In this document: piece after piece, positions 42,139-52,220 of the stretch
Numbering within the stretch: the stretch's first letter is position 1
Layout of the letters: every line of letters starts with the position of its first letter
From: Verrucomicrobiota bacterium
Lineage (GTDB): Bacteria; Verrucomicrobiota; Verrucomicrobiia; Limisphaerales; CANJXF01
NCBI GenBank assembly: GCA_038214755.1
Contig: JBBQRQ010000012.1
Coordinates: 1 to 64,000 of the forward strand
Direction: 5' to 3'
Length of the DNA stretch: 64,000 nt
Made by a program: the position numbers and the translations under genes
The notes under the pieces: generated by a model
Told to the model about the DNA's origin: nothing
The model's database searches: none
What the model saw: the letters and a program-made list of their open reading frames with translations, nothing else

Positions 42139-42362
42139 TAAGATTTTTTAATTCCGAATTTAGCGAGCGCCTCTTCGTTGTTTTCCTCGAATTCCCTCAA
42201 ACGAGCGTCTGAATAAATTTCAACCGGAAGGTTTTCGGTGGCACGAAGCAAAACCCCATCATTGGTTTCCTCCGCCACGACTTGGCGCTGTCCCAACCGT
42301 TGACGCAATTCCTTGGGCAGGGTCAATGTTCCTTGATCATCGATGCTGATGATTTTCATCAT
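42138..42362 (-). CDS. AbrB/MazE-type antitoxin
   Basis: IDDQGTLTLPKELRQRLG...GVLLR. Confidence 0.85.
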   Translation of the reverse strand: MMKIISIDDQGTLTLPKELRQRLGQRQVVAEETNDGVLLRATENLPVEIYSDARLREFEENNEEALAKFGIKKS

Positions 42363-42417
42363 AGTCGTAGTATTCAGGGTTTCAGTTTCTTTTGCAACTG
42401 CGGCAAAGCACATCGAA

Positions 42418-43791
42418 CTATTGGTTCACTTTGACTTTTTCCAATTGCGCCCGCCATTTCTCCACGCGCTCTTTGATCTTCTTTTCCACGCCTTGATCGG
42501 TCGGCTCGTAATAGTGTTTCTCCGCGCCCAGATAATCCTGCGGCACGAAATGATCGGGATGATCGTGGGCGTATTGGTAATTTTCGCCGTGGCCGAGACG
42601 TTTCGCACCGGCGTAATGCGCATCACGCAAATGCTGCGGCACCGCGAGTGTGCGACCGGATTTCACATCCGCTAGCGCGGCGTCGATGGAGGTAATCGAC
42701 GTGTTACTCTTGTGCGCCGTCGCAATGTAAATCGCCGCCTCGGCAATCGGAATGCGCGCTTCCGGCCAGCCAATAAATTCCGCGGCGTTGTGCGCGGCTT
42801 GCGACAGAATCAACGCCATCGGATCAGCCAGCCCAACATCTTCCGCCGCGCAAATCACGATGCGTCGCGTGATGAATCGCGGGTCTTCTCCGGCGTGAAT
42901 CATTTTCGCCAGCCAATAAAGCGTCGCATCGGGATCGCTGCCGCGCATCGATTTGATGAAGGCGGAAATCGTGTCGTAATGCGCGTCGCCATCGCCGTCA
43001 TAGACAATCGCTTTTTTCTGAATGCATTGCTCGGCCACATTTAAATCAAGGTGGATGAAACCATCGTTCGCTGGCGACGTGGTAAGCGCGGCGATTTCCA
43101 AAGAGTTCAACGCCTTGCGCGCGTCGCCGTCGGAAATTTTTGCGAGATGACGCAACGCATTTTCGTCCGCGCGAATTCTCAGGTGACCCAAACCGCGTTC
43201 GTCATCTTGCAAAGCGCGCTGCAAAAGTTCGAATAAATCTTCCTCGATCAACGGTTGCAGTTCGAAAATTTGCGAGCGTGAAACCAGCGGCGAATTGACA
43301 AAGAAAAATGGATTATGCGTCGTGGCACCGATCAACCGCACCACGCCGCTTTCCACATCCGGCAACAAAATATCCTGCTGCCCTTTGTTGAACCGATGAA
43401 TTTCGTCGATGAACAAAATGGTGGATTGGCCGGTGTTCTCCAAACGGTTCGCGGCGGCGGAAAGAACCCGTCGCATGTCGGCGACGTTCGATTCCACCCC
43501 GCTGAGCCGCTCGAATTTATTCTTGGTTTGGTTGGCGATAATTTGCGCGAGCGAAGTCTTTCCCGTTCCCGGTGGTCCGTAGAAAATGAGCGATTGAATC
43601 CGATCCGCTTCGATGGCGCGGCGGAGAAGTTGTCCCGGAGCCAAAATATGTTTTTGGCCGGCATATTCATCCAGAGTCCGGGGGCGCATCCGCGCGGCGA
43701 GCGGTTGGTTTTGAAAAGTTCGCGTCTCCTTTTCAGCCGCGCTGGAAATTTCCGGTGGTCTCATCGGCGCAAACAGATCGCTCTCTGGCAT
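42418..43791 (-). CDS. rarA: Replication-associated recombination protein A
   Basis: PLAARMRP, GPPGTGKT, DEIHRF, HYDTISAFIKSMRGSD. Confidence 0.96.
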   Translation of the reverse strand: MPESDLFAPMRPPEISSAAEKETRTFQNQPLAARMRPRTLDEYAGQKHILAPGQLLRRAIEADRIQSLIFYGPPGTGKTSLAQIIANQTKNKFERLSGVESNVADMRRVLSAAANRLENTGQSTILFIDEIHRFNKGQQDILLPDVESGVVRLIGATTHNPFFFVNSPLVSRSQIFELQPLIEEDLFELLQRALQDDERGLGHLRIRADENALRHLAKISDGDARKALNSLEIAALTTSPANDGFIHLDLNVAEQCIQKKAIVYDGDGDAHYDTISAFIKSMRGSDPDATLYWLAKMIHAGEDPRFITRRIVICAAEDVGLADPMALILSQAAHNAAEFIGWPEARIPIAEAAIYIATAHKSNTSITSIDAALADVKSGRTLAVPQHLRDAHYAGAKRLGHGENYQYAHDHPDHFVPQDYLGAEKHYYEPTDQGVEKKIKERVEKWRAQLEKVKVNQ

Positions 43792-44063
43792 GGAGAAAAA
43801 TTAACAGACGCCGCAAACAATTGCCCGAAAAAGAATTGGCGAATTATGGAAAAAGGCGCTGCTTTCGTGATGGACAACAATGCCGAGGCCTATGGGTGAA
43901 GCGGATAATGAGCAATCGAATACATTTTATGCCGATGATGGTCGCCATTTGAGTTCTTCCAAACCGAAGCGATTTTTTTCGGTTCAGGTTCTTTTCAGTT
44001 GGCTGAATTTCGTTGCGCAATAAAACCGAGCCTTTAAAATTTCGCCAACCCCAAAAATTATCT

Positions 44064-46118
44064 ATGCATTTTGGCGTCAATTATCATCCTGAACATTGGG
44101 TCTATCCTTACGCCGGCACCGCTGAGGAACCGGAAGCGCGCTGGAAGGTTGACGTGCGATTGATGAAAGAGGCGGGAGTCAATGTCGTGCGCATGGGCGA
44201 ATTCGTCTGGGGGCTGTGCGAGCCGGAGGAAGGAAAATTTAATTTCGACTGGCTCCAACGCGCGATGGACTTAATGGGCGAGGCCGAAATCCAAGTCGTG
44301 CTTTCCACCCCGACCGCCGCGCCGCCGATTTGGCTCGCGAAAAAATATCCTGAGATTCTACCCATCGACGAAAATGGCCTGAAGCTGCACGAAGGAACCC
44401 GCCACGCCCTTTGCCTGAATTGCGACGTCGTCTGGGATTATTCCAAAAAAATTATTCGCGCCATGGCGGAGGCGCTGGGCAAACATCCGCAATTGATCGC
44501 CTGGCAAATCGACAACAACGTTGGCGGACACACCCAGCATTCCTGCTTCAATGAGGAAACGCGCCACGATTGGCAGGCTTGGCTCCAGGCGAAATATCAA
44601 ACGGTGGACCGTCTCAATGAACTCATGGGCACGCGTTTTTGGAGCCAGAACGTCAGCGATTGGGGCCATGTGCCCATGCCGATGGCCGCCCCCACCGTGC
44701 ATAATCCCGCGCTGGTCCTGGATTGGATGCGCTTTTGCAGCGACACCGCCGTGGCCTATGTGCGAATGCAATCCGACTTGTTGCACGAGTTGACGCCACA
44801 AGCCCCGGTCACGACGAATTTGCGCGCGTTCACTCAGCGCCTCGATTTATTCGACGTCGCCGAGGCGCTTGATTTCGTGAGCGTGAACAGCAATGCCACC
44901 ATCAAATCGAAGTCAGCCGAGAACGCCTGCGAAATTGATTTGTTGCGCTCGCTCAAAAAAACAGGAATCAAAATGCCCGGCGGCAGCGACAATTTTTGGG
45001 TCATCGAGCAAAAGGCCGGGCATGTCAATTGGCAGGATGTGAATTCACTCGTGCGCCCTGGTGTCGTCCGGCTTTTCACTTATCAATTGGTGGCGCGCGG
45101 CGCGGACGGCGTGCTTTATTTTTTCTGGCGGCAACCGCGCATCGGCTCTGAGAAATTTTACGGCGGCGTGTTGACTCACGATGGCCGCGGCGAGAATCGC
45201 ATTTACAAAGAGATTTGCCAGATCGGCCAGGAGATGGAACTTCTTGCTCCAATTATCAAAGGCACAAAAGTAATGGCGGAGACGTGCATTCTCTACAGTC
45301 ACGATAATGAATGGGCGTTGGAATTCCCGCGCCAACCCAACAAGTTTTTTACACAGCGGAACCACGTCCAACTTTTTCACACGGCATTGCATGATCGAAA
45401 TATGGCCGTGGATTTCGCGCGACCGACGGAGGATTTGTCGAAATACAAAATTGTTTTCGCGCCGTCGTTGCACATGCTCGCCGCCGGCGAAGCGGATGCG
45501 CTGAAACTTTACGTGCAGAATGGCGGAACGCTTGTCGGCACTTTCAACACCGGCATGGTGGACGAACATCACATCGTGCCCGACGGCGGTTTCCCTCACA
45601 ACTTGACCGATCTTTTTGGGTTGGAAGTGCAGGAGTTTGATCCGGTGCCGCCAGAGGAAGAAAATCATTTGACCTTTAAAGGCGGTTTTCACAGCAACCA
45701 TGTTCACACCGCCAAACTTTGGTGCGACCTCATCGAGCCGAAGGGCTGCCAAATTATCGCCAGTTACACCAAAGATTTTTATGCGGGGCGACCCGCCATT
45801 ACGATGAATGACTTTGGCGCGGGCAAAGCGATTTACATCGGCACGATGAGCCAGCAACCATTTTACTACGATCTCGTCGCATGGCTGCGACAGATGGTTG
45901 GCCTGCATCCGCTCTTGAAAGTTCCCGACGCCGTCGAAGTGAGCATGAGGCAAAATGCCGACACGCGAATTTATTTTTTGTTGAACCACCAGAATTCTCC
46001 GGTGCGAATTCAATTTTACAAACCAATGCACGACTTCCTCACCGCGCGAACGTTCACGGGCAATTACGATTTGCCGCCGCATGGAGTTCTCGTGCTCGAT
46101 GAGCATCCGAAGGTGTGA
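44064..46118 (+). CDS. GH42 beta-galactosidase-family protein with atypical active site
   Basis: GVNYHPEHW, RMGEFxW, TPTAAPPxW, WVIEQ nucleophile motif, trimerisation domain; NE motif replaced by NN. Confidence 0.9.
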   Translation: MHFGVNYHPEHWVYPYAGTAEEPEARWKVDVRLMKEAGVNVVRMGEFVWGLCEPEEGKFNFDWLQRAMDLMGEAEIQVVLSTPTAAPPIWLAKKYPEILPIDENGLKLHEGTRHALCLNCDVVWDYSKKIIRAMAEALGKHPQLIAWQIDNNVGGHTQHSCFNEETRHDWQAWLQAKYQTVDRLNELMGTRFWSQNVSDWGHVPMPMAAPTVHNPALVLDWMRFCSDTAVAYVRMQSDLLHELTPQAPVTTNLRAFTQRLDLFDVAEALDFVSVNSNATIKSKSAENACEIDLLRSLKKTGIKMPGGSDNFWVIEQKAGHVNWQDVNSLVRPGVVRLFTYQLVARGADGVLYFFWRQPRIGSEKFYGGVLTHDGRGENRIYKEICQIGQEMELLAPIIKGTKVMAETCILYSHDNEWALEFPRQPNKFFTQRNHVQLFHTALHDRNMAVDFARPTEDLSKYKIVFAPSLHMLAAGEADALKLYVQNGGTLVGTFNTGMVDEHHIVPDGGFPHNLTDLFGLEVQEFDPVPPEEENHLTFKGGFHSNHVHTAKLWCDLIEPKGCQIIASYTKDFYAGRPAITMNDFGAGKAIYIGTMSQQPFYYDLVAWLRQMVGLHPLLKVPDAVEVSMRQNADTRIYFLLNHQNSPVRIQFYKPMHDFLTARTFTGNYDLPPHGVLVLDEHPKV

Positions 46119-46176
46119 TTCGAACTCGGAAAAAACTAAGCGATGCGTTGCGCCTGCGTCTCAATCTGGATGTTAG

Positions 46177-46443
46177 ATGAAGACGCAAACGTTCAAGGTT
46201 GGTGACTGGGTGAGGGTTAAAAAGGTTCCGCCTGACTTGACTGATTCGGAAGGCCTGGAGACACCGGGAGTATTCAAACGAGCGCTCGGCAGGACATTTC
46301 GCATCGCGGGCTTTGACGAGCACGGCCATCTTGAGCTTGTTGTAGCGGAGCGCAGGCCGTCATCGGACAGATATGAGTCAGATACGATTTGGATTGAGCC
46401 TGAATTTGTGGCTCGGGTTGGGCGCAGAGGAAAGTCGCGATGA
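46177..46443 (+). CDS. Small hypothetical protein (SH3-like FKVGDWVRV start)
   Basis: 88-aa ORF with a plausible beta fold. Confidence 0.65.
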   Translation: MKTQTFKVGDWVRVKKVPPDLTDSEGLETPGVFKRALGRTFRIAGFDEHGHLELVVAERRPSSDRYESDTIWIEPEFVARVGRRGKSR

Positions 46444-46510
46444 GTCATCGGTAGGCCACCTGTTATTCGCCAGCTTTTAATTTTTCAAGGCACAGCCTCG
46501 ACGCTACAAC

Positions 46511-46906
46511 ATGCAAATGATGTTCAAACGCGGCCCCCGCAAATCCACCGCGCAACAACGCGTTCTCGCGGAATGGCGCGGAATTGATTTGGCTCCGGTG
46601 GAAGTCGGGCGGGCGAAGTCGGCCAAAAAGGCGGGCGACGTCATGCCTCGCATCCTAAAAGACCTGCGCATTGATCGCCGCCAATCGGAAACTGAAATCT
46701 TGAAAGTCTGGAATCATTTGATCGATCCGAACATCGTTGCCCACGCCCAGCCAACGGGAATCAACAAGGGAACACTTTTCGTCACGGTGGACAGCAGCGT
46801 GTGGCTGGATGAAATCGTGCGCTATCGTCGCCGTGATATTTTGCAACAACTCCAAACTAGTTTCGGGAAAGATTTGATCACGCGAATTTCTTTTCGCGTC
46901 GGCTGA
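46511..46906 (+). CDS. DUF721/DciA-family protein
   Basis: W..LID..I.AHAQP....GTLFVTVDSSVW...I.FRVG. Confidence 0.85.
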   Translation: MQMMFKRGPRKSTAQQRVLAEWRGIDLAPVEVGRAKSAKKAGDVMPRILKDLRIDRRQSETEILKVWNHLIDPNIVAHAQPTGINKGTLFVTVDSSVWLDEIVRYRRRDILQQLQTSFGKDLITRISFRVG

Positions 46907-46980
46907 CCCCTGTAGCGGCGCGTCTATGACCGCCGCCATCTTTCCCCAGTAGAGCGAGACTCCCGTCGCTCTCCATTTAA

Positions 46981-47178
46981 ACCGGAACAATTCAGTGCAA
47001 AGCAACGCTCGACCTCACCCCGGCCCTCTCCTCCGAGGAGAGGGAGAATCTTATGCAGCGCTGGAAAGTGTTCACCGTTTCGTGGCTGGTGGCGCGTGCT
47101 GATGGCAGGTTCCCTCTCCTCGGGGGGGGAGAGGGTTAGGGTGAGGGCGAGCAATCTGTCCAACTGAATCGTTCCGGC
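46981..47178. mobile_element. MITE-like element family 2 (16-bp TIR, TAA duplication)
   Basis: TAA|ACCGGAACAATTCAGT...ACTGAATCGTTCCGGC|TAA; internal CCTCACCCC...GGGTGAGG palindrome. Confidence 0.85.
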
Positions 47179-47254
47179 TAAATTCTTTACCGAATGAAAA
47201 AAGGGGAAATATTAGAACTCGACAGGAGTCTCGTTCTACGCGAGAGAAAACAAT

Positions 47255-47569
47255 ATGAAAACATCCGAGATCATTTTAAGGCTGGTTGCCTTGATCCTTC
47301 TTGGGAGTTACCTGCTTGCCAAACACCGACAGCGCGTTCGCAACTGGCCGGTGAAGGATTTTCCTGACTTACCCGCACGTCCTTTGGAAGCGGCATTGCA
47401 GGCTCGAGTCCAACAAATACGAGAGGACTATTCCGCAGAGTTGCATTCGCCTCGCCACGCAGGAAACCGTCGCGCGAATTTGATCGCTCGCGCCGGGCGG
47501 ACCCTTCGCTGTCTCGATTATTTTCGCGACAGAGAGGCAGAGCACGAACACCAATCCCGCCCCAGCTAA
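47255..47569 (+). CDS. Hypothetical protein with N-terminal TM
   Basis: ATG ORF with a hydrophobic N-terminus; no recognisable family. Confidence 0.5.
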   Translation: MKTSEIILRLVALILLGSYLLAKHRQRVRNWPVKDFPDLPARPLEAALQARVQQIREDYSAELHSPRHAGNRRANLIARAGRTLRCLDYFRDREAEHEHQSRPS

Positions 47570-47642
47570 CTTTTAGCGGCGCGACTTTCACCGCCGCATT
47601 TACTCGAAAAAACAGCGGCGGTCACACACGCGCCGCTACAAG

Positions 47643-49109
47643 TTATTTTTTGACGTTCGGAATTGCATTTGTCGGCGGCGCGTTCGTCGTTGTTGTCGCC
47701 GGCAAACCCAGTTTGGTGCGCAGGCGGGCGGCCGTTTCGGGCGAGACTCCGCGTTCGGGATCGAAAACTTCCTCCCGAACAATTCGCTTCAACTCATTCA
47801 TCGGTTCAAGACCGACGCGTATCTCGGCGCCTTTGATTTCCGATTGAAATCGATTCCAAATTCTTTGCGCCATGCGCTCGTAATTCAACGCCATATCATC
47901 TTCATCCTGTGCGAGCGCGTCGTAGGAGTGACGCAGATAGCCGAGAATCAATTGCGTCGTTTTGTTCTTGTCCGTTTCCGTCACATCACCCATCGCCTGC
48001 GCTATGGCGAACTCGTCGAGGGGAAGTTTCTTTTTATTTTTGTCGAGCACGGCTTGCGGATATTTCTCCGCCAAATAATCGTACCAACGTTTGGCCTCAG
48101 CCTGGCGATTGGCTGTGTAGAGAAAATAAACGGCGGTGAAGAGAAAATTTTTGTGCCCGGTTTTCATGTGCTCCCGCTGGGTGGGGTCCTCGTTCATCAT
48201 CGTCTCATAAATGCCGTTCACTTTTTCAACGAGATCGAGGTTCGGTCCGAGCGTGAACGTTTTATCGAATTTATTTTCGTGCAGCCCGCCGCGCATGAAA
48301 GCCATTTGCATCGTTTGATAAATCGAGCGGCGCAAGGTTTCCTGATCTTCTTTTTTCGCTCGACGCCTTCCGACTTCCGCCCAATAAACCGCGTGCGCAT
48401 CGGGCAACCGCCACTCCAGCGGCCCGTAAAGTTCATCCACATCCTTCATCAAACGCGGCTCCATTTTGTATATATTCGTCACCACTTGCAGGCGGTTGTT
48501 TGCTTCCTTGGTCTGTGGGTTGAGCAAGTCGGCGAAGTTCGGTTTGCCGCCGAACAGTTCCTGCATCTCGCCTGCCCAGGCTGTTTTGTAAAACTGGTGC
48601 GCGTCGTCGAGGTTGTTTCCCATCTTGTGTTGAAAGATCCAGGACAGCTCCCGATAGAGCAGCGTCTCATCGGGATTGAAGCGCAAGCCATCATCGCGCA
48701 ACAAGACGATGCCCCGTCGCACCCAGCGCCAGCGGTCGGCTGGGTCGCTGAATTTCACGGAAATGTTGTAGGCCATGTTCCACGCCTGGAAATACCAGAC
48801 CTGCCCAAAGTGCGGCTCAAGTTTCGTGATCCAATCGGCCAGTTGCACCATCTCGAAAAATTTATCTTCCTCCTGCAAATCGTTGGCGCGAATCCACAGC
48901 GCGTTGGCAATCAAGCCGCGAAATCCGCCGAGCGCGACGGTGGTGAAGGCCAGGACGGGCGGCGCATTTTCGAGGGGAGTGACGCGCGTCAAGCCGAGCG
49001 TCTCGCGGTCGTAATTCATCGCGCGTTGGATGTGAAAAACGCCCACGAAAAAAATTCCCGCCAAGGCGACGAGAGCCGGTTTATAAAATTTCGCGCGGGA
49101 AAAATTCAT
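47643..49109 (-). CDS. Membrane-anchored helical (TPR-like) hypothetical protein, last gene of the SPFH/ABC operon
   Basis: LGGFRGLIANALW and AWNMAYNISV motifs; TGATG coupling to the upstream permease. Confidence 0.85.
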   Translation of the reverse strand: MNFSRAKFYKPALVALAGIFFVGVFHIQRAMNYDRETLGLTRVTPLENAPPVLAFTTVALGGFRGLIANALWIRANDLQEEDKFFEMVQLADWITKLEPHFGQVWYFQAWNMAYNISVKFSDPADRWRWVRRGIVLLRDDGLRFNPDETLLYRELSWIFQHKMGNNLDDAHQFYKTAWAGEMQELFGGKPNFADLLNPQTKEANNRLQVVTNIYKMEPRLMKDVDELYGPLEWRLPDAHAVYWAEVGRRRAKKEDQETLRRSIYQTMQMAFMRGGLHENKFDKTFTLGPNLDLVEKVNGIYETMMNEDPTQREHMKTGHKNFLFTAVYFLYTANRQAEAKRWYDYLAEKYPQAVLDKNKKKLPLDEFAIAQAMGDVTETDKNKTTQLILGYLRHSYDALAQDEDDMALNYERMAQRIWNRFQSEIKGAEIRVGLEPMNELKRIVREEVFDPERGVSPETAARLRTKLGLPATTTTNAPPTNAIPNVKK

Positions 49110-50491
49110 CACGAGTTTCCTTGCGCGGTGGCCAATTCGCGCCGGTTGAAAATGATGATGCCGATAGCGGCGATGATTCCGCCGAGCAACAAAACAATTT
49201 GCAAACCGGCCAAACCGAGTTGCGTCCACGTGATGCTGCGTCCCGTGCTGAGCGCGTCGATGGGTGAAAAACCTTCCACGAGATTTATGACTTTCAAAGT
49301 CGCGCGAAAAAACGGCACGAACACGGAATCAAGAATCGATTGGGCTTCGGCCAGTCCGCTCTCATGGCTGACGCCGAGGAGAGTTCCTTCCTGCGCGACG
49401 CTGCTGAGGGTCCGGCTGGAAAGTCCGACAATCAAAACGGCGAGCGACACAAATGCCGCGACCGGAAACGAAAGCAAGCTGGCCGCAGCCAAACCGAGTG
49501 TCGCGAGCAACGCCAGCCAGCAAAAAATAATTCCCAGACCGCGCGCGAAATTTATTCCGAAGCTGCTTTCGCGATACAAAACTTCCAGACCCTCTTCCAA
49601 CGGAAAGAGCACCGTGGTTTCATTTGGATTGAGAAAAACAATGTCGAGCACGCCATTCTCGTCGAAGAGATTGGGCGGGATGGGAAATTCGTGAAATGTT
49701 TCGGCGGAAAAACTCATCGGCTCGGAACGCCAAACATTTTTTGTCTCGGGATTTCCCACTTGCCAGAGCGCGATGTAAGTGGCGGTCGAACTGCCTTGCG
49801 GAGTGAAGAATTTCACTCGCAAAAAAAGCGGTTGATTGCGCAAAGAATCTTTGGCGCGCCCCAGTTCAATTCTCCAGGGACGATAGCCGCCGGGGCGCAC
49901 GGATTGGATTCCGGCTTTCACCTGTTCTTCAATTTGTTTGCGCAGGGCAGGAATGTTCGTGGGGTTGACCGAACTGGTTTGCAAGCGGCGTTCCAATTCC
50001 TTTTCCACCACGTCGCCAAGGTCAGGCAAAACTTCCTTCACTCCGGCGCGCGCGACCAAAACTTCATTGCGCAAAACCATTTGTTGCTCCGGCGGCAAAC
50101 GTTTGGCCCGCCACTGCAGAAGAAAAAAAACGCTGCCGCCGGCGACAGCGAGGAGGAGCGCGTTGAGGGAAATTATTCCGAGCCATTTGCCGATCCAAAT
50201 TTGCCAGCGCGAAATCGGCTTGGTCACAACCATTTGGATTTGCGCTTCTTCGATGTCGCGCGCCAGCGTACCGCACGCCAGCCAAAGCGTGGCGATTCCC
50301 AGCAGCCCAGTAATGGCGCTCAAAGTGTAAGTCAGCAAAATTTGGGTGAAGCCGCGCGCGGTGCCGTCGTCTTTGATCAGCAGAGGCAGACCCACTACTG
50401 CGCCCACCAGCAGCGCGGCCAAAACCCAAAAGAGCCGATAACGAAAAGCGGCTTTCCAAGTCAACCAAACGATGGCGGTGATGCGTTGCAT
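49109..50491 (-). CDS. ABC-2-type permease with large extracytoplasmic insert
   Basis: RDIEEAQIQMVVTKPISRWQIWIGKWLG; C-terminal FNRRELA. Confidence 0.88.
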   Translation of the reverse strand: MQRITAIVWLTWKAAFRYRLFWVLAALLVGAVVGLPLLIKDDGTARGFTQILLTYTLSAITGLLGIATLWLACGTLARDIEEAQIQMVVTKPISRWQIWIGKWLGIISLNALLLAVAGGSVFFLLQWRAKRLPPEQQMVLRNEVLVARAGVKEVLPDLGDVVEKELERRLQTSSVNPTNIPALRKQIEEQVKAGIQSVRPGGYRPWRIELGRAKDSLRNQPLFLRVKFFTPQGSSTATYIALWQVGNPETKNVWRSEPMSFSAETFHEFPIPPNLFDENGVLDIVFLNPNETTVLFPLEEGLEVLYRESSFGINFARGLGIIFCWLALLATLGLAAASLLSFPVAAFVSLAVLIVGLSSRTLSSVAQEGTLLGVSHESGLAEAQSILDSVFVPFFRATLKVINLVEGFSPIDALSTGRSITWTQLGLAGLQIVLLLGGIIAAIGIIIFNRRELATAQGNS

Positions 50492-50520
50492 GAATTAGAC
50501 ACGACGGGCCGCGGGGCACC

Positions 50521-50602
50521 CGGGTAGCATCTGCCTCCGGCGGGTGCGAAAACAGCCAACGGGAGATCTCATCTCGCACCCGCCGGAGGCAGATGCTACC
50601 CG
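50521..50602. repeat. GTAG...CTAC palindromic element, 29-bp perfect arms
   Basis: CGGGTAGCATCTGCCTCCGGCGGGTGCGA / TCGCACCCGCCGGAGGCAGATGCTACCCG. Confidence 0.9.
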
Positions 50603-50633
50603 ACTTGGATTTCTGGTTGTCGCCATCGGGGAA

Positions 50634-51848
50634 TTAAGATTTGTCCTTGGTCTTGCCGAGGAGCGACGACAATCTCTCGTTCGCTTGGCTGAGGTCAGCA
50701 GGCTTTTCCGGTTCGGGCGGAGGAGGAGTTATTTCCGGCTCAACTGGTTTCGTGAGCGACTCCAATTTTTTATGGGCGACCGATTCTGCGCTGGAAGCAA
50801 CGGTCACTTGCGGCTGTGAAATTTCTGCTGGGCTGGTTGGTGCGGTGAAGCGTTCCAGAATTTTCTCGGTTGATGGTTTCGCATCGGCCTCGCCGCGCAG
50901 ATAGGCAGCCACCCGCGCGCCGGAAATTGCGCCGGAGGTTTCCGCCGCGCTCTGTTTCGCGCGTTCGACGACACCGAGGAAATAGCTTTCCAGATTTTGC
51001 GTCGGGTTATCGACCTGGACTTTTTCCGCCGCCACATCGCGACGAATCATTTCCAAAACGCGTTCCATGGTTTCGCGCGGCAACGGCGGGGTGGTGATGC
51101 GCACGGCGTCGGGCGTGGCGAGCAATTCCTTGAGCGTGCCCATCGCCTGAATTTTTCCGCCGTAATAAATCACGACACGATCACAAACATCTTCGACATC
51201 GGCGAGCAAATGGCTGCTGAGAATGACAGTCTTGCCGCGACGCGCCAGAGCGAGAATTAAATCTTTCACCTCGCGACAACCAATCGGATCGAGGCCAGCG
51301 GTGGGTTCATCGAGAATGACGAGGTCCGGATCGTTGATCAGCGCCTGGGCCAAACCGATGCGTCGTTGCATTCCTTTGGAAAATTCGCCAACGACGCGCG
51401 TTCGCACTTGGTTCAGACCAACCATTTCGAGCAACTGCTCTGAGCGCAGCGCACGGTCTTTCGCGGGGAGATCGAACAAGTTCCCGAAAAAATTTATCGT
51501 CTCGCGCGAGTTCAAATAGCGATAGAGATACGATTCCTCCGGCAAATAACCAATGCGCGCTTTCGTCGGAACATGGCGCGGCGAATGCCCGAAAACTTCG
51601 ATGTGTCCTTTTGTCGGATACAAAAGTCCGAGCAACATTTTTACGGTGGTGGACTTGCCCGAACCGTTTGGTCCGAGCAGACCAAAAACTTCTCCGCGTC
51701 GCACTTCAAAATCGACATTGTCCACCGCGCGCGCTTTCGGGCGGCCCCAGAAATCTTTGAAGACTTTGGTCAGGCCGCGAACGACGATGATATTTTCAGT
51801 GGATTGCCGAGCGCGGGATGCGGAGCGCGGTATATCAAGAGCTTCCAT
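50634..51848 (-). CDS. ABC transporter ATP-binding protein with Pro/Glu-rich C-terminal tail
   Basis: GPNGSGKST, FSKGMQRR, DEPT, SSH. Confidence 0.95.
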   Translation of the reverse strand: MEALDIPRSASRARQSTENIIVVRGLTKVFKDFWGRPKARAVDNVDFEVRRGEVFGLLGPNGSGKSTTVKMLLGLLYPTKGHIEVFGHSPRHVPTKARIGYLPEESYLYRYLNSRETINFFGNLFDLPAKDRALRSEQLLEMVGLNQVRTRVVGEFSKGMQRRIGLAQALINDPDLVILDEPTAGLDPIGCREVKDLILALARRGKTVILSSHLLADVEDVCDRVVIYYGGKIQAMGTLKELLATPDAVRITTPPLPRETMERVLEMIRRDVAAEKVQVDNPTQNLESYFLGVVERAKQSAAETSGAISGARVAAYLRGEADAKPSTEKILERFTAPTSPAEISQPQVTVASSAESVAHKKLESLTKPVEPEITPPPPEPEKPADLSQANERLSSLLGKTKDKS

Positions 51849-51852
51849 AATT

Positions 51853-52215
51853 CTAAGAATTCCTGTCGATTTTTCGGTTTTTGAAACCAGCCATGATGTA
51901 CCAACCAGCCATCACGAGAAATGCAACGCCGAAAAAGTAAAAGGCATCAGGAGTCTGGGAATTGAGGCCAATCAAAATTGAAACTCCTCCAAATATCGCC
52001 CAAAATATCCCTCCCTGAAATTGAGAATTGCTGGCATGGGCGTACGCCTTTTTGTTTTGTTGAATCATCCGAGTAACATCAGTGACCTCAGTCTCGCATC
52101 GGTTTTTGCAGGCAAGGCCTTCTTTCAAATCCGCAGCGCATTCCACGCACAATCCTTTCTGACAGTTTCGGCAAATTCCAACGGCAACTATTTGCGGATG
52201 GTAAAAGCAGTTCAT
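51853..52215 (-). CDS. B-box-like zinc finger membrane protein
   Basis: CxxHP-x6-CxxC-x4-CxxC, then 2 TM. Confidence 0.8.
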   Translation of the reverse strand: MNCFYHPQIVAVGICRNCQKGLCVECAADLKEGLACKNRCETEVTDVTRMIQQNKKAYAHASNSQFQGGIFWAIFGGVSILIGLNSQTPDAFYFFGVAFLVMAGWYIMAGFKNRKIDRNS

Positions 52216-52220
52216 AAATC

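Noticed and set aside
41707..42420. 6S RNA expected upstream of the 5-formyl-THF cyclo-ligase
   Set aside because: The space is filled by the TA pair; no room or recognisable structure
47844..49694. 616-aa plus-strand ORF
   Set aside because: Antisense shadow of two well-supported minus-strand genes, with no recognisable motifs
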